Below are positions 1-11,318 of a DNA stretch of 20,000 nt, one piece after another. A program made the position numbers and the translations under genes. The notes beneath the pieces were generated by a model. That model was not told the origin of the DNA. It did not search any database and saw only the letters and a list, made by a program, of their open reading frames with translations. Source of the stretch: Seison nebaliae (Eukaryota); NCBI GenBank assembly GCA_023231475.1, contig JALJEE010000596.1:113124-133123 (forward strand), written 5' to 3'. Every line of letters begins with the position of its first letter. Position 1 is the stretch's first letter.

Positions 1-1030
1 TTGGAACAGATAATCGGTATAGATATAATCAAATGAGAAAAGCAAAAGAAAAACAGATTTATTCGCATGATATGTTCCAGAATAAAGAGTTAGATAATTA
101 ATCGAAGCGTTCCCATGGAAATCTTAATATAATTACAAACAACAAGAAATTATCAGTCCATAAGTCGGGGTAATGCATTTATGGGAAAATGTGTTTGTTG
201 GGGAAATGTTTGCTCCATTTTTTCTTTCCATAATTCTAGATAATTCCATATTATATCTACTTCCTCTATCTCCATATGTTCGAACTTCGATTCATCTATT
301 TTAAATTCATAACGGAAACTATTCAAGAGAATTATAATTAAAAAATATGAAATTATTGAATCTAGAATATTTATAAATGAAAATAATAATCGTTCGAAAG
401 TTTTACTCAATTGAAGTTTGATCTATTAATTTCGTTCCATAATGATTTCTATTTATTAATTATAACTATGTCTAACATGTAGAAGTGACTGGGATAAAAT
501 AAAACTAAACATGAGATTCTACCGCTTAATAAATAACTATACAATTATTCGAAAATAAGTTCAGATAATGTTCAGAGTAATAAGTCAGAAATCAGTTCAA
601 GACACTATAAACAATTTATTGAAAAGTGATAAATTTTAATTTAGAGAAATTTAGATACATATGTATATACCACTCGTGTATATTTATATATCACCGTCAA
701 TGTCATGTCATCCTATGTCAATACATATGTACTGATAAAATATATTTAATTCGTTTAGTATTTTTCACCAATATTCCGATTTTTCACATACTGTAACCTC
801 CATCCAATTCCCTTAATCTACTTCAAATTGACCCTTAAACATACAAGTAGGACATGTAAAAACCAATGCCAAATTCAATCCAACATTTTTTCTTTCCGAT
901 CACTTCGGCCACTTTCCTCCAGAAGATGAAGATTGACTGGCCCTAAAGGAAAATAATAAATTTTTACAATAAATGAATTTTGAGAAACTTCTGTCATACC
1001 GCGAAGACTTCGCTTCTTAGCAGTCCAGTA

Positions 1031-1451
1031 CTAACGAAGGTGGTTAAACTTCTTTTTCACTACTGATATCCCTCCTTCTCTCGTCCACTCTTTCGTCTGA
1101 AATATTATCGAATAAGAAATAAACTTGGAGATTTTCATTTTAACCTCAGCCGCTTCCTTAGCTGTGACTTCTGAGGAAAGGTCTGAAAACATAATAATTA
1201 TATTTTGTACTTCGGAATTCATAGAAAATTCGGACAAACCACATGAAGAGGACTCTATCGACCTCTTTACCCCTAAAGAACGATAATTTATCACTTTAAA
1301 TAAATTACAATAACTTCGCCATATCCCCGTCCTTATCCTTTTTCTCACCAACTTAATTTTTTCTTCAAGAAAAAAAACATAATAGAATATAATTTTAAAA
1401 TAAAATTAAACTCTTCGTGTTCCTCATCCTATCGACGAATTTCCGTACCAT
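1031..1451 (-). CDS. Small 5-exon ORF (80 aa), weakly CENP-B/pogo HTH-like; may be a pseudogene
   Basis: GC-richer blocks 1451-1412, 1351-1315, 1272-1211, 1182-1145 and 1096-1031 alternate with AT-rich GT..AG blocks (60, 42, 28, 48 nt). Spliced product: MVRKFVDRMRNTKIGEKKDKDGDMAKGKEVDRVLFMWFVRIFYEFRNLSSEVTAKEAAETKEWTREGGISVVKKKFNHLR*. A further intron (999-943) lies after the stop. Confidence 0.5.
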
Positions 1452-1851
1452 TCCGTACCTCTAAGATCATTTTTCAAGTGAACTTTATTTTGCATATTAA
1501 GAAAAGAAGTGATAAAAATTATTAGAATAGGAATTGAAATTAGAAATAAAACCTTTCAATTATTTAACAACGAACTAACTAATTTTAGATATTATTTATA
1601 TATTCATCAGTCGACAAATGAAATTGTTCTATTTTGTATTTTCATTGTAACAATCAATGACTGAAATAAAATTTCTTCCTTTTTTAATTTAATTATTTTC
1701 ATTGGTCAAAAACAACGTTGGGAAATTCAAAAATTTAAGCAAACTGAATTTTATATTTTATATTTCACATGAGGCTGTCACATAGTGACTAACTTAATAT
1801 ATAGCTAATTTTTTAATATAGCTGTTTTAAATTAAATTATTTATTAGTTGG

Positions 1852-1934
1852 ACATGTTGTGACGAGTGGTTTTAAGGCGTTGGAGCTGAAATCCAATGAT
1901 GTCTCCCTGGTAGCTTCAAATTCTACCCGCGAAG
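1852..1934 (+). pseudogene. Degenerate tRNA-Ser(TGA) pseudogene
   Basis: Ser-type D arm CGAGTGGTTTTAAGGCG, anticodon stem TTGGA/TCCAA around loop GCTGAAA, long variable region, T arm GTAGCTTCAAATTCTAC. The acceptor stem does not pair and the B box is mutated. Confidence 0.75.
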
Positions 1935-1971
1935 ATAAAACATTTTTAAGATTTGGATTAAAATTTTATAC

Positions 1972-2044
1972 CGCCCACCCAGGGGCTCGAACCCTGGACC
2001 TTAGGATTAAAAGTCCCACGCTCTACCGACTGAGCTAAGCGGGC
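1972..2044 (-). tRNA. tRNA-Lys(TTT)
   Basis: Reverse complement GCCCGCT TA GCTC AGTCGGTA GAGC G TGGGA CTTTTAA TCCTA AGGTC CAGGG TTCGAGC CCCTG GGTGGGC G is a complete 73-nt cloverleaf with A and B boxes. A TTTT run follows shortly downstream. Confidence 0.97.
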
Positions 2045-2199
2045 ATGTATAATAGTTCTTTTTGAAGTTTTATTATTGTTCTTCTCTCTAAAATCTCTCT
2101 TTTTTCTTCTTCAATTTAATTTAAAGTTCATTATAATATTAACTATGATCATAATATTCCCCTAATCATAATTTAACCATAATCTCTCTTTAACTGTTC

Positions 2200-2655
2200 A
2201 TGCTTAAGAAGTCTTTTTCTCCGAATTATTCGTATACTGGAGATGAATCACGGTCATTTGGTCACCCTTAAATTTCATCACTTTTTATTAAATTTGGACA
2301 TTTTGTCAGATGGTGTTACTTTCCACTCGAGTTACTTTCACCCCGAAAAAAAAATTGAACAGAAAAATGAGATTCTGCTCATTGAAAATAAATGTAGTAG
2401 AGTTCATTCGAAAGAGAATTTTATGCTATTTCAATATTTGTCAATTGTCTTTTCTAACTATTGTTAGAAAATTGTAAAAGAACTTTATTTTTCTTTTTTT
2501 TTGAGACTACCAAAGTGTTTGGTTCGATTTCGGTGGTTCATGGAACAAGAACTATATCCGCAATATAAGCTTTTTGAATGATTTATGCAGTTACTATTGT
2601 GATTTTTATGGAATACCCAGCGTCGATATTCTTTATTTTATGGATAAAAGTATAA
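2200..2655 (+). CDS. Possible small spliced gene of unknown function
   Basis: A GTTAGA..GAG intron (2463-2505, 43 nt) joins the 2243-2467 ORF in phase to an open exon YQSVWFDFGGSWNKNYIRN..WIKV* ending at 2655. A possible first intron (2261-2309) links an ATG at 2200. No homology recognised. Confidence 0.3.
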
Positions 2656-2884
2656 GAAACATTTTTTAAGTTCTTCGCTAATTTTTGACTAAAAAGTGTA
2701 TATATACTCAAATTTAATGATAATAAATGTTCCATTGAAACTAATCCATTTCATGATATTTCATCAATATTCCTTTGATTAAATGTAATTTTGATAATCT
2801 CTCCGAAACTTCGTTTGATATATTAAAAGAATAAGTCTATAACAGTATATGAGGTATAATATTATATTTCGAGGTTTTCTAACA

Positions 2885-3999
2885 TCATAGGAACGTACAA
2901 GCTTTCGAGATATCTGGATTATGTTGACGTATTGTGTCGAATGAATTATAAGAATCTTGAAAATAAAAATCAGAATTTTTTGTTTAATTATGTGTTCTAA
3001 CTTTCAATTTTGCTGACTTGTTGTTTAAACTTTTGGTATTTCTTCACAAAATTTTCAGTAGTACTATCGGAAAATTCCATTACAATTTCTTTGGAAGGAG
3101 CTACCTGAAATTCATGTTGATATCTTTCCTTTACCGTCTGTATGAAAGTTGTTAATCGTGAAGTGTAATTGGCGGCAATTTCTAAATTATAAGTTTCAAA
3201 ATGTTTACTATTTCTGCCCAATTCATACCGTTAATTTGAAACAATAAAAACAAATAAGAAAATAAACTGATCACTATATTTAATATCATTATGTTTCTCT
3301 TCATAGAATTCCAAAGATTTTCGAAGAATTGTTTGTTTCAGAGACTTAAGATTGAAGGTATGGTCATCGTTTTTCGTACTGGTCGAATTCAGGTAACTTG
3401 TATCATACGTCATCTTTTATGGATAATTGAAATTTAATTTATTAGTCAAAATTAACATTGATGACACTGTTACAAAGCAGAGCATCATAACTGAGAATTT
3501 CATTTTTATTCTTCGATTCGCTGAGGGTTTCCATCAACTTGCTATTTAAATTTTCCACATATTCATCCAAATTTTCAACCATGTTGTACTAGAAATATAA
3601 AAAGAGTTTTATTCGATTTCTACTTATAAAAGTAATCTCTGTTAAATCAAACTTTACTAAGGATTCTTACAAAATGTTCACACTGTGAAATGAAGTCAAC
3701 GAAAATATTTTAGAAGGACAAAAATATAAGGAAATCCAATAACATCCAATATAATCTTCTTGAAACTAAAGAAATTGGTTGTCTCCATTGGAGGTTGATA
3801 AACGGGACTATAAAATTTCGCATCTAAACTATCCAAAACTCGTCTGATTTTCGAAAGACCATCGAAGGTTTTCTTTGATTCTTCATCGGAACTGTAGAAC
3901 TCAAATCGTTGCAATTTGCCTTCCATCAATTGAAGATATTTCGATTTTGTTGCTTCTTGTATTTGACGAATTCGTTTATATGTCTTCTTTTCATGGAAT
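2885..3999 (-). CDS. Uncharacterised multi-exon protein (~250-290 aa), start and 3' end uncertain
   Basis: Exons 3999-3744, 3682-3653 (30-nt microexon), 3588-3457, 3413-3268, 3213-3002 and 2955-2885 join in frame through GTT..AG introns of 43-64 nt. First in-frame ATG is at 3926. Alternative 3' splicing could extend the ORF to the stop at 2741. No domain recognised. Confidence 0.65.
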
Positions 4000-4091
4000 C
4001 TGCAATAATAATAATGTGTAATAATTAATCCGATGTAACACAGTTTCCAATTTTTATGATTTGTTGAATGAAGTGAAGTTTAAAATATTCT

Positions 4092-7000
4092 TTAAAATTT
4101 GAAAAGTACAAACAAAGATAATTCATTTTGATATTCTTTATCAATTTTTAATTGAGGGTCGTTCCTTAAATAACAATAAATTGATCGGTTCTTACAAGTG
4201 ACTACCATGAAACGATTATTAACAAGTTGTGCTGATACGGGTTCATTAAATAATTCGGTGAGAGCTGTAAAATAATTTATTGATTTTTATAATTACTTAA
4301 AAGTCCAATTAACCTATTACTCGTGGGGTATATTGTTCGGCTGTTACAACATTGATAGGTTTTCCTTCGGTCTCAATTTGAACTTTTTCGTCAACCGTAG
4401 GAAATGGAATAGCTTCTAATCGCACGATAAACAAGTAGAGATTATTGACGATAGTATAAAGATAATTCCCATCGTCCGATAATTCGAAAAGAAATTTATA
4501 ATGATAATTTTGTAATTGTTCCATAACACTGTTCTCTTTCCGTAGATATATCTCATCTAAAGTAGGAGAAATATTGTGAAATTGGAGAGTGAATTGTCGT
4601 ATACATTTGAATTCCAAATTTTCATAATATATATAATATATTTTGGATTTAGTAGAAAGCATTGAAATATAGTTTCGGCATTTGCACATTCCAATTCGAA
4701 CAATATTTTTCGTGTCAACATCTGTTATTTCCAACGGTTTCACTTTTCCATCATCACTTAACAAGTCGATTGCTCCTTTCACGTTCAGAATAAGTATATG
4801 ATAAGAGTTCCGTAGAAATTCTAATTGAATAATCGGTTTTGTTGAGAATTTGATGGAATATCGAACTTTTGATGAAGCAATTGAATAATTCAAAATTAAT
4901 TTGTCATACAAAATGATTAGCGCTTTATGATCCTCCGTTATCAATGGAGTTATAATTTTTCGATCAGTTGTAATATTTATCGATATTTTTTGTGTAAAGT
5001 TTTCCACAATTTCTTGTAAATGCCAATTTGTTGGAGATTTTTGTTGAAATAAGAAATATTTTCCTGATAACTTATTTTCTATTAAAAATCTGTTTTCTGA
5101 TAATAATTCAAAATCGATCAATTTCCAGAAACATTCGTTTTCATTCACATCTCGCTCATTCGAATTAGATTGAAGATTTAATCGAATTTCTATTTTATCC
5201 ATGTTCATCTTATCTGGTTCTAAATGAATATTACATTTAATCGTTTCTCCTACAGTCCTATGTTTCTTAGTAGAATTTTTCTGAATTAAACATCCGATTT
5301 TTTCTTCAATTTCTACATATACAATTCCTGGTCGAATAATTGCGATTTTCGACAATTCCCGGTTATCGAAATTTATCTCACAAGTTATCTCACCTCGATA
5401 AACATCAAATTCCTTCACCCTACGAGAAGACAATTCAAAAAATTATCAATTGTAGTGAAACTTGTTTTTATTGTCAATGAACATAACCAGATTAGATGGT
5501 ATTCTCGAATTGTATTGGAGATCGTTACCGATAATTTGGTTTTCGCTTTGTGGAGGCATTTCCAAATTATAATCATCTTCAACTTCTGAATTCATCATAA
5601 CCTTCATAGTTTGATCTCTTGAAGCAGTTAAATACATTCCTGAATGAGGATTAATATTATTTGAATTATTAAGTAGAAAAACTTTCGGTATCTTGTGGTG
5701 TATAAATACCAACAATTCGATCACTATGATAATGATGAAATTTAGGAAGAGCAATAGCTAATGCATTTTGGTTCGTAAAGGGATTTAACAAAATTGCAAA
5801 TTCATAAATTTTCATTATTCCATCTGATTTTGAAGCAAAAATATTCGTTTTAACACATTTGATAAGTTCAAAAGGTCCATCGATTATATGTAAGGAATAA
5901 TGACTAATACATTCATTACGATAAAGGACGAATATATCTCCTGTACTGCTAAGTCCAGCAATGTATCCAGCTCCTACTTGCAAGTGCTTGAGAGGTGGAA
6001 TAAGTTCCGGATGATCAATATCTGGAATAGCCATTTGTGGTTTTCCGTCAACAATCTTCACAAATACTAATGCTCCGTTATTCATGGAGAGAAGTAATTG
6101 CTTTTTTAAAAACGAAGAATCGACTGAAATTATACTACCGGGAATGTGAAGTAATTGTGATGAAATATCCTTTTGAGATACGTATGAAAATAAGAGAAAT
6201 ATATTAAAAACTGAAACTTTCGAACTTTTGACTTCCACGAGCATTGTTGTATTGTTTGCCATTTGGAAGCAAAAAAAGTTGTCGTATAATTGAAATAATT
6301 GGCGAACTGGACCTGGGGTTTTCATATGAAACTCATGAACTTCCTCATCAAAATGGACGAAATAAATAACAGATTGAGATGGGTGGAATCGAACAGCAAT
6401 CGTTTGACTTAAAGAAATCATTTGAATAAATGTTGTGGTTGGCAAGATGTCGAGTGTACTTCTTAGACTACTAATCTCCACTTCTTTCAGAAGAACTTGT
6501 TCAATTGTTTGAGAGTAAATATAATCCGAAGACATAGCGACTGTAAGTTCGCCAAAAACAACAAAGTCAAAGAAATAGTTGGTTGGTAATGATAGTTCTT
6601 TTATTTCGAAGCCTGTCCTCATTTCTAAAACTAAAATATTGTCAGCTAAACTGTAACAATATTTATCTTTCGGTCCCATCATTATTTTGTGGATTGGTTT
6701 CTTATGCCGGTCCATTTGGAAAATGACGGCACTGTTTGAAATTCGATGTTGTTGATAAGGCACAGTGATACCTGAATGGAACGAACTATAATCATTAATT
6801 TTTTTTAACAATTTTGTACATATCGGTTGTATTCCGTAGTATTGGATACACAACGCTTTTAGATAAATACCAGTATCGTGAGGTATCTTCTTCAAATGAA
6901 TCCAACTCAATAGGAAAATTCGTTGAATGAATGAAAATTCTTGACTTTTCTGCTTTATCATCACATCTCTTGAATTCATTGATGAATAATTTTTAATCAT

Positions 7001-9824
7001 CTCAAAAATTTCATTTCCTTCCATATACTCAAACGACGCTCGCATAAACTTATAATCGAAAACCGTATCATTGATTGCTAAGTCGATGGAAAAATTTACA
7101 TTAATTTTAGAAAGTGTCCGCGGCAATTCGAATAATTTTCGTTTATTATAAATCGTCGTCAATCCATCGAGCGATACCGTTTCCAATTGTTGCTTCGGCA
7201 TTAACCGATCAGAAACTTCGCCTTCCGTCCCCAATTTCTCAGCCAAATGTTCTCCATATTTCAATTCTTTCTTTTGACCGTCTGCCCATTTTCCTGTATA
7301 ATAATCACAAATATTTTGAAATATTTCCTTTTGTTCACTTTCGCTTAATTCACCGAAATATTCATTTTCTGAAACTTCAATAAATTGACGATGATACCAA
7401 TAGACAACAGTCACGTCGTCAGAATCTCGATCAACTAAATATTCTTTTAAATCATATCGTATACGAGACCATAGAACACCTAAAAAAATGTAAAAAAAAT
7501 TGATGATAATCTTTGGTTGAAATGTGAATATTTTGATAAAAAAAACTAGGTACTCGTTTAATGGGTGGCATATGAAAACTAGCAACTTCTTGTAGAACCA
7601 AATCATCCAAACTTAGAATATCCACCAACTCCGATTCTGTCATTCCATTACGAGAAGTATTGAGATATATAATCGATTTCCTCACTAATTCTTTTCCATA
7701 AATATTTTCTAATTCTATAAAGAAAATTATCATGTGTATGAGAATTTCCGATTCTAACCTTTAAATACATAGACAATCGATGCTGGTGTATCGTTACAAG
7801 AAGAAATATCAATCGATTGATAAGATTGCCATTTGGAGGTAATATCGAAAATTAATTTCAAATGAAGAGCAAGCGGTCTCTCCCCTAAAATTTGATGAAC
7901 TTGATCCAATTGTTCATTTGTCAGACATCGATTGACTTTATCGAACCAACATTTCAAAATTTTGGATGCCGTCTCTTGTTCCAAATTGGGAACGGTCAAG
8001 AAATTGTCATCATTTGTCAAATATTTCCGTAAATTGGGTAAAATTGATTTGTAATCAGGAATCGTTGAGACGATAATGCGACAATTAGAAGGCAGATTCA
8101 TTGGCAGCCATTTCATGTCGAAACCATCACACAATTGATCGAGTGAATCTAGAAAGATGATTATTTTGAATTTGGGTCGATTACCACACACCGCTTTCAA
8201 CCATTCGTTAAACCATATTAGAAACTCCCTATATGGTAAATCGATAATGGGCATACGAAGTGAGAGAGTACTGGACAGTTGAAAAACGAGACTATTCAAT
8301 AAGCCTAATAATGATGAGGATGTTGGTGTAGTTCCTAAGAAACGAAGAACTATTCGAAAATTTTCCGTTTTATGCTCTCTAAACCATAATGCACAATTAG
8401 ATGCTGCTTTCCCTAATATTGAAGTCTTCCCACATCCTGATACACCATATACCACTAACGGTTCACTTATTAATTGGGGATTGTTTGATAAAATATATTT
8501 CTTTATATAATTTAATTCTTCGTCTCTTCCTTGGAAATGTTCGGTCTTCTCCTTAAATTGGTTCGCTTGGTCCATGATTTCTATCATTTCATTCTTCCAA
8601 TAACTCTCCAAAGCACTCGATTCAGGTAGGCCTAGCGCAATTTGCAATTGAGGAATAATGTTTTGCATTCGATGTTCTTTGGCAGCAACATCTATTTGCA
8701 ATTTGAGTTTATCTTTCAAATAATTTTTTAATTTTCTCAAATAGTTCATCTGTCCTCCATTTCTCGCTTCTACTTCACCATTATTGATTAAATCCGAAAA
8801 GTTTATCTGGAGAAGATTTAAAAGAAATATTCACAAAATTAAATATAGACAAAGAATAACTTTCAACCTTTTTATATTTTCATCACCGACAAAAGATCGA
8901 ATTTTCTTTTCTTTTAATTCGTTCAACTTTTCTCTACTTTCTTCCTCTTTCTCAAAGAACTTTTTTTTCATCTTCTCATTTTCAATTTCTTCCTCTAAAA
9001 TGTCTCGGTAAATTATGATACATGATTTCTCCCAATTTTCCCATTTGAATAATCCTTCATTCACTTCATCTTCAGTAATCGAGGAGAAGAACTTGCGAAA
9101 TTGTTCTTCATGGATTTCCCCCTTATCAAAACAATCAGTGGCAGCTTTTCGAAATATCGTTAACATTCTATCCTCTTGAATGAACCATTCTTGATAACTC
9201 TGTTTCCGAACGACTACATTAGTTTTATTCACAAATTCTGGAATTATCTCGTTAATTGGTCTTAAGAGATATTGACTCGGTTTTGAATTTGTATCTTTTT
9301 GATACCATTTTTTAATCAATTCCTTATCTTCATCATTCGAGATATATTCCAACAGTTTGATGAACGTCTTCTCTTCAATATGAGGACAAAGAATTCTCGT
9401 TCCATATTTATGGGAGATGATCAACTAACGGAAATATTTGGGAAAGTTTCAGGAGAAAACTAACGATAAATGTTGGTCCCAACGATAATTTCTGACATGT
9501 CTTCAATTCTTTCAGACATAACTCGGAGGCTGTATGATTATTTGTACAATCTGAAGGAATACCCCAACGCATATCTACCAACTGAAAATCAACACCGTAT
9601 TCTTCTCGACTATATTCTCGACATTGTGGTACAATTTCTTGTAAAATACAATTCCTTTCCAGATGCATATCTAGCGAATAAGATATGTCTCGTTCTGTTA
9701 ACTAATTTAGCTAACCTGAGAAAGTACTGCTTAAAAACACTCGTACTACCTTGGGGAAACTGGAGGGGATGTCGTGAAGTTTCCCACAAAATACATCTGC
9801 TATACTTCGAATTTTCTCGTTCAT
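4092..9824 (-). CDS. NACHT and WD40 domain protein (NWD1/NWD2-like STAND NTPase with N-terminal DUF4062), ~10 exons, ~1766 aa
   Basis: Minus-strand exons 9824-9716, 9670-9465, 9424-8861, 8806-7759, 7714-7547, 7479-6218, 6169-5683, 5639-5462, 5419-4314, 4264-4092 join in frame (5301 nt). Motifs: VRVFLSSTFSDMHLER and VDMRWG (DUF4062); Walker A GVSGCGKT; Walker B IIIFLDSLDQL; GMTESELVDILSLDD; WYHRQF; degenerate WD40-like units such as MYLTASRDQTMKV. More in-frame introns may be hidden in the long exons. Confidence 0.9.
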
Positions 9825-10389
9825 CTTATTGAAAAATGTCAATTTTCAATTTTTTTTCATCCTAATATCTTGAGCAATGCTCGTTGCTTAGTTACAACTA
9901 TTATGTCGGAACACTCTCTAACAAACACACCACAAGACCTTGACACGAATAATTTATATATTTGAAATTTTGAATTCCATTTGAATATTATGGAATGACC
10001 GTTACAATGGTCAGGTATTGAACGGAAGGAATTTATTTCAAAATCAATCACCACAATAACTTTTGTCATGTCAATTTTTTTTCCTTCATAAAATTTCATG
10101 CAAGATCCAAATTATACATGAAATTCTACGTGAACAAGAAATTTAACAAACAGTAATAAATTGTAGTTTTTTAATTTACCGAATATGGTTGTTAACAGTT
10201 GTAATCTTACAAAAATTTTATGGCAAAATCTTAAGATTTTTCAAAGTATTATGGTTCGTAAGTATTATATCGTCTCATGATCTAGAGATTATGAATAAAA
10301 TTTTCTGAAAAAAGTTCCATTTTTATAAAAATAGTTTATGTTTTCGTTTTAATTTATTTTATTTATTTAGTTTTATTTACTTTTCTTTC

Positions 10390-11318
10390 GATTCTCGATC
10401 TATTTCCATCGATATTTGTTACGAATCTCTGGGGAGCGTCGTCATTGGAAACGAGAACCGTGATTTTTTCTCCATCAACTCCGGTGTTCTTCAAGGTACT
10501 ATTCTAGGTCCTTGGCTTTTTGGGTTAGTCATTGAGGGTATTCTCAGCAATCTACATGAATCAGGCGACGTTTACATAGGAAACAATCGTTTTCCGCATG
10601 TTGTGGCCTATGCAGATGACATCGTGATCGTAAACGGTTTTCTCCGTCATCTGGAACGGTCATATCGACAATTATCTTTTCTTCTCTCCCAGAGGGGGGG
10701 GTTTCCCTATCATCAACAGACAAGAGTTCTTTCTCCTCAATTTCACTTAAATCCGCAACTATCTTTCTTGGTTCAACCATCGATCTCCGTTGTCTCTCCT
10801 CTTTCGTCTTGGATCACATTCGAAACAAATTATGCAGATCATTTTTCCCTTTCTCTCCCAAAACGAAATTCGTTCCTTTAAAATTACGTCTACACCTTTT
10901 TAAGAGTTTAGTTCCTCCACTATACTCTTTGGAAACTATTTTCTTATGTACGCAACGTTCATTTCTGTCAATTGATCGCGCCTACAATCGTCTTATCAGA
11001 AGATTAGTCTTTTGTTTCCACAGGTGCAATCGTTCTTTACTCTTCGCCACCGTTGGTTTTCTTCGACTGCCTATTCTCTTTTCTCGTCGAATTTTTTCTC
11101 TCCCGGACAAAATTTCAGTTTCGAATCCTCTCACTTCTTTTACTACTTATACTAATGCTTTCCACGTTCACTCAATCTTTTCCCATACTATCCGCTTCTA
11201 CAATTTACCACGAGATATTCTCCTTCCCGATTTTAAGGACTTCATTTTTTCTTACGATCAGATCACGTGTTCTCCAATTAATCCAGAAACTCTTATCGAG
11301 GTGCAAGCACTTGATTGA
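10390..11318 (+). mobile_element. 5'-truncated non-LTR (LINE-like) retrotransposon: C-terminal part of the RT plus thumb region
   Basis: The first frame gives SGVLQGTILGPWLF and VAYADDIVI. After a frameshift at or near the G8 run (10694-10701) the next frame gives IFLGSTI and LHLFKSLVPPLYSLE, ending at TGA 11318. No endonuclease or early RT subdomains are visible; 5' boundary approximate. Confidence 0.85.

Noticed and set aside
153..410. 85-aa minus-strand ORF
   Set aside because: The C-terminal half could be an exon, but I could not build a consistent start or splice chain and recognise no motif.
1034..1045. ACGAAGGTGGTT, matching part of U1 stem-loop I
   Set aside because: Isolated match without the U1 5' end or downstream structure, and antisense to a putative exon.
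1173..1188. GAGGAAAGGTCTGAAA, resembling RNase P/MRP CR-I
   Set aside because: No matching CR-V or P4 partner found, and it coincides with a minus-strand splice acceptor.
1031..1470. TAG reassignment, suggested by two in-frame TAGs in possible readings of the small gene
   Set aside because: The long RSK and NWD models contain no internal TAG, and the upstream TAG disappears when the ATG at 1451 is used.
3229..3267. Apparent non-canonical GT..CG intron in the orphan gene
   Set aside because: A canonical CAG acceptor at 3214 gives the same phase and a typical 54-nt intron.
7114..9965. Plus-strand ORFs at 7114, 8784, 9470 and 9774
   Set aside because: Antisense shadows of the NWD-like coding exons.
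4092..11318. Prokaryote-style RT plus STAND ATPase defence system
   Set aside because: The context is eukaryotic with spliceosomal introns, the RT is a truncated LINE type on the opposite strand, and no retron ncRNA or CRISPR array is visible.
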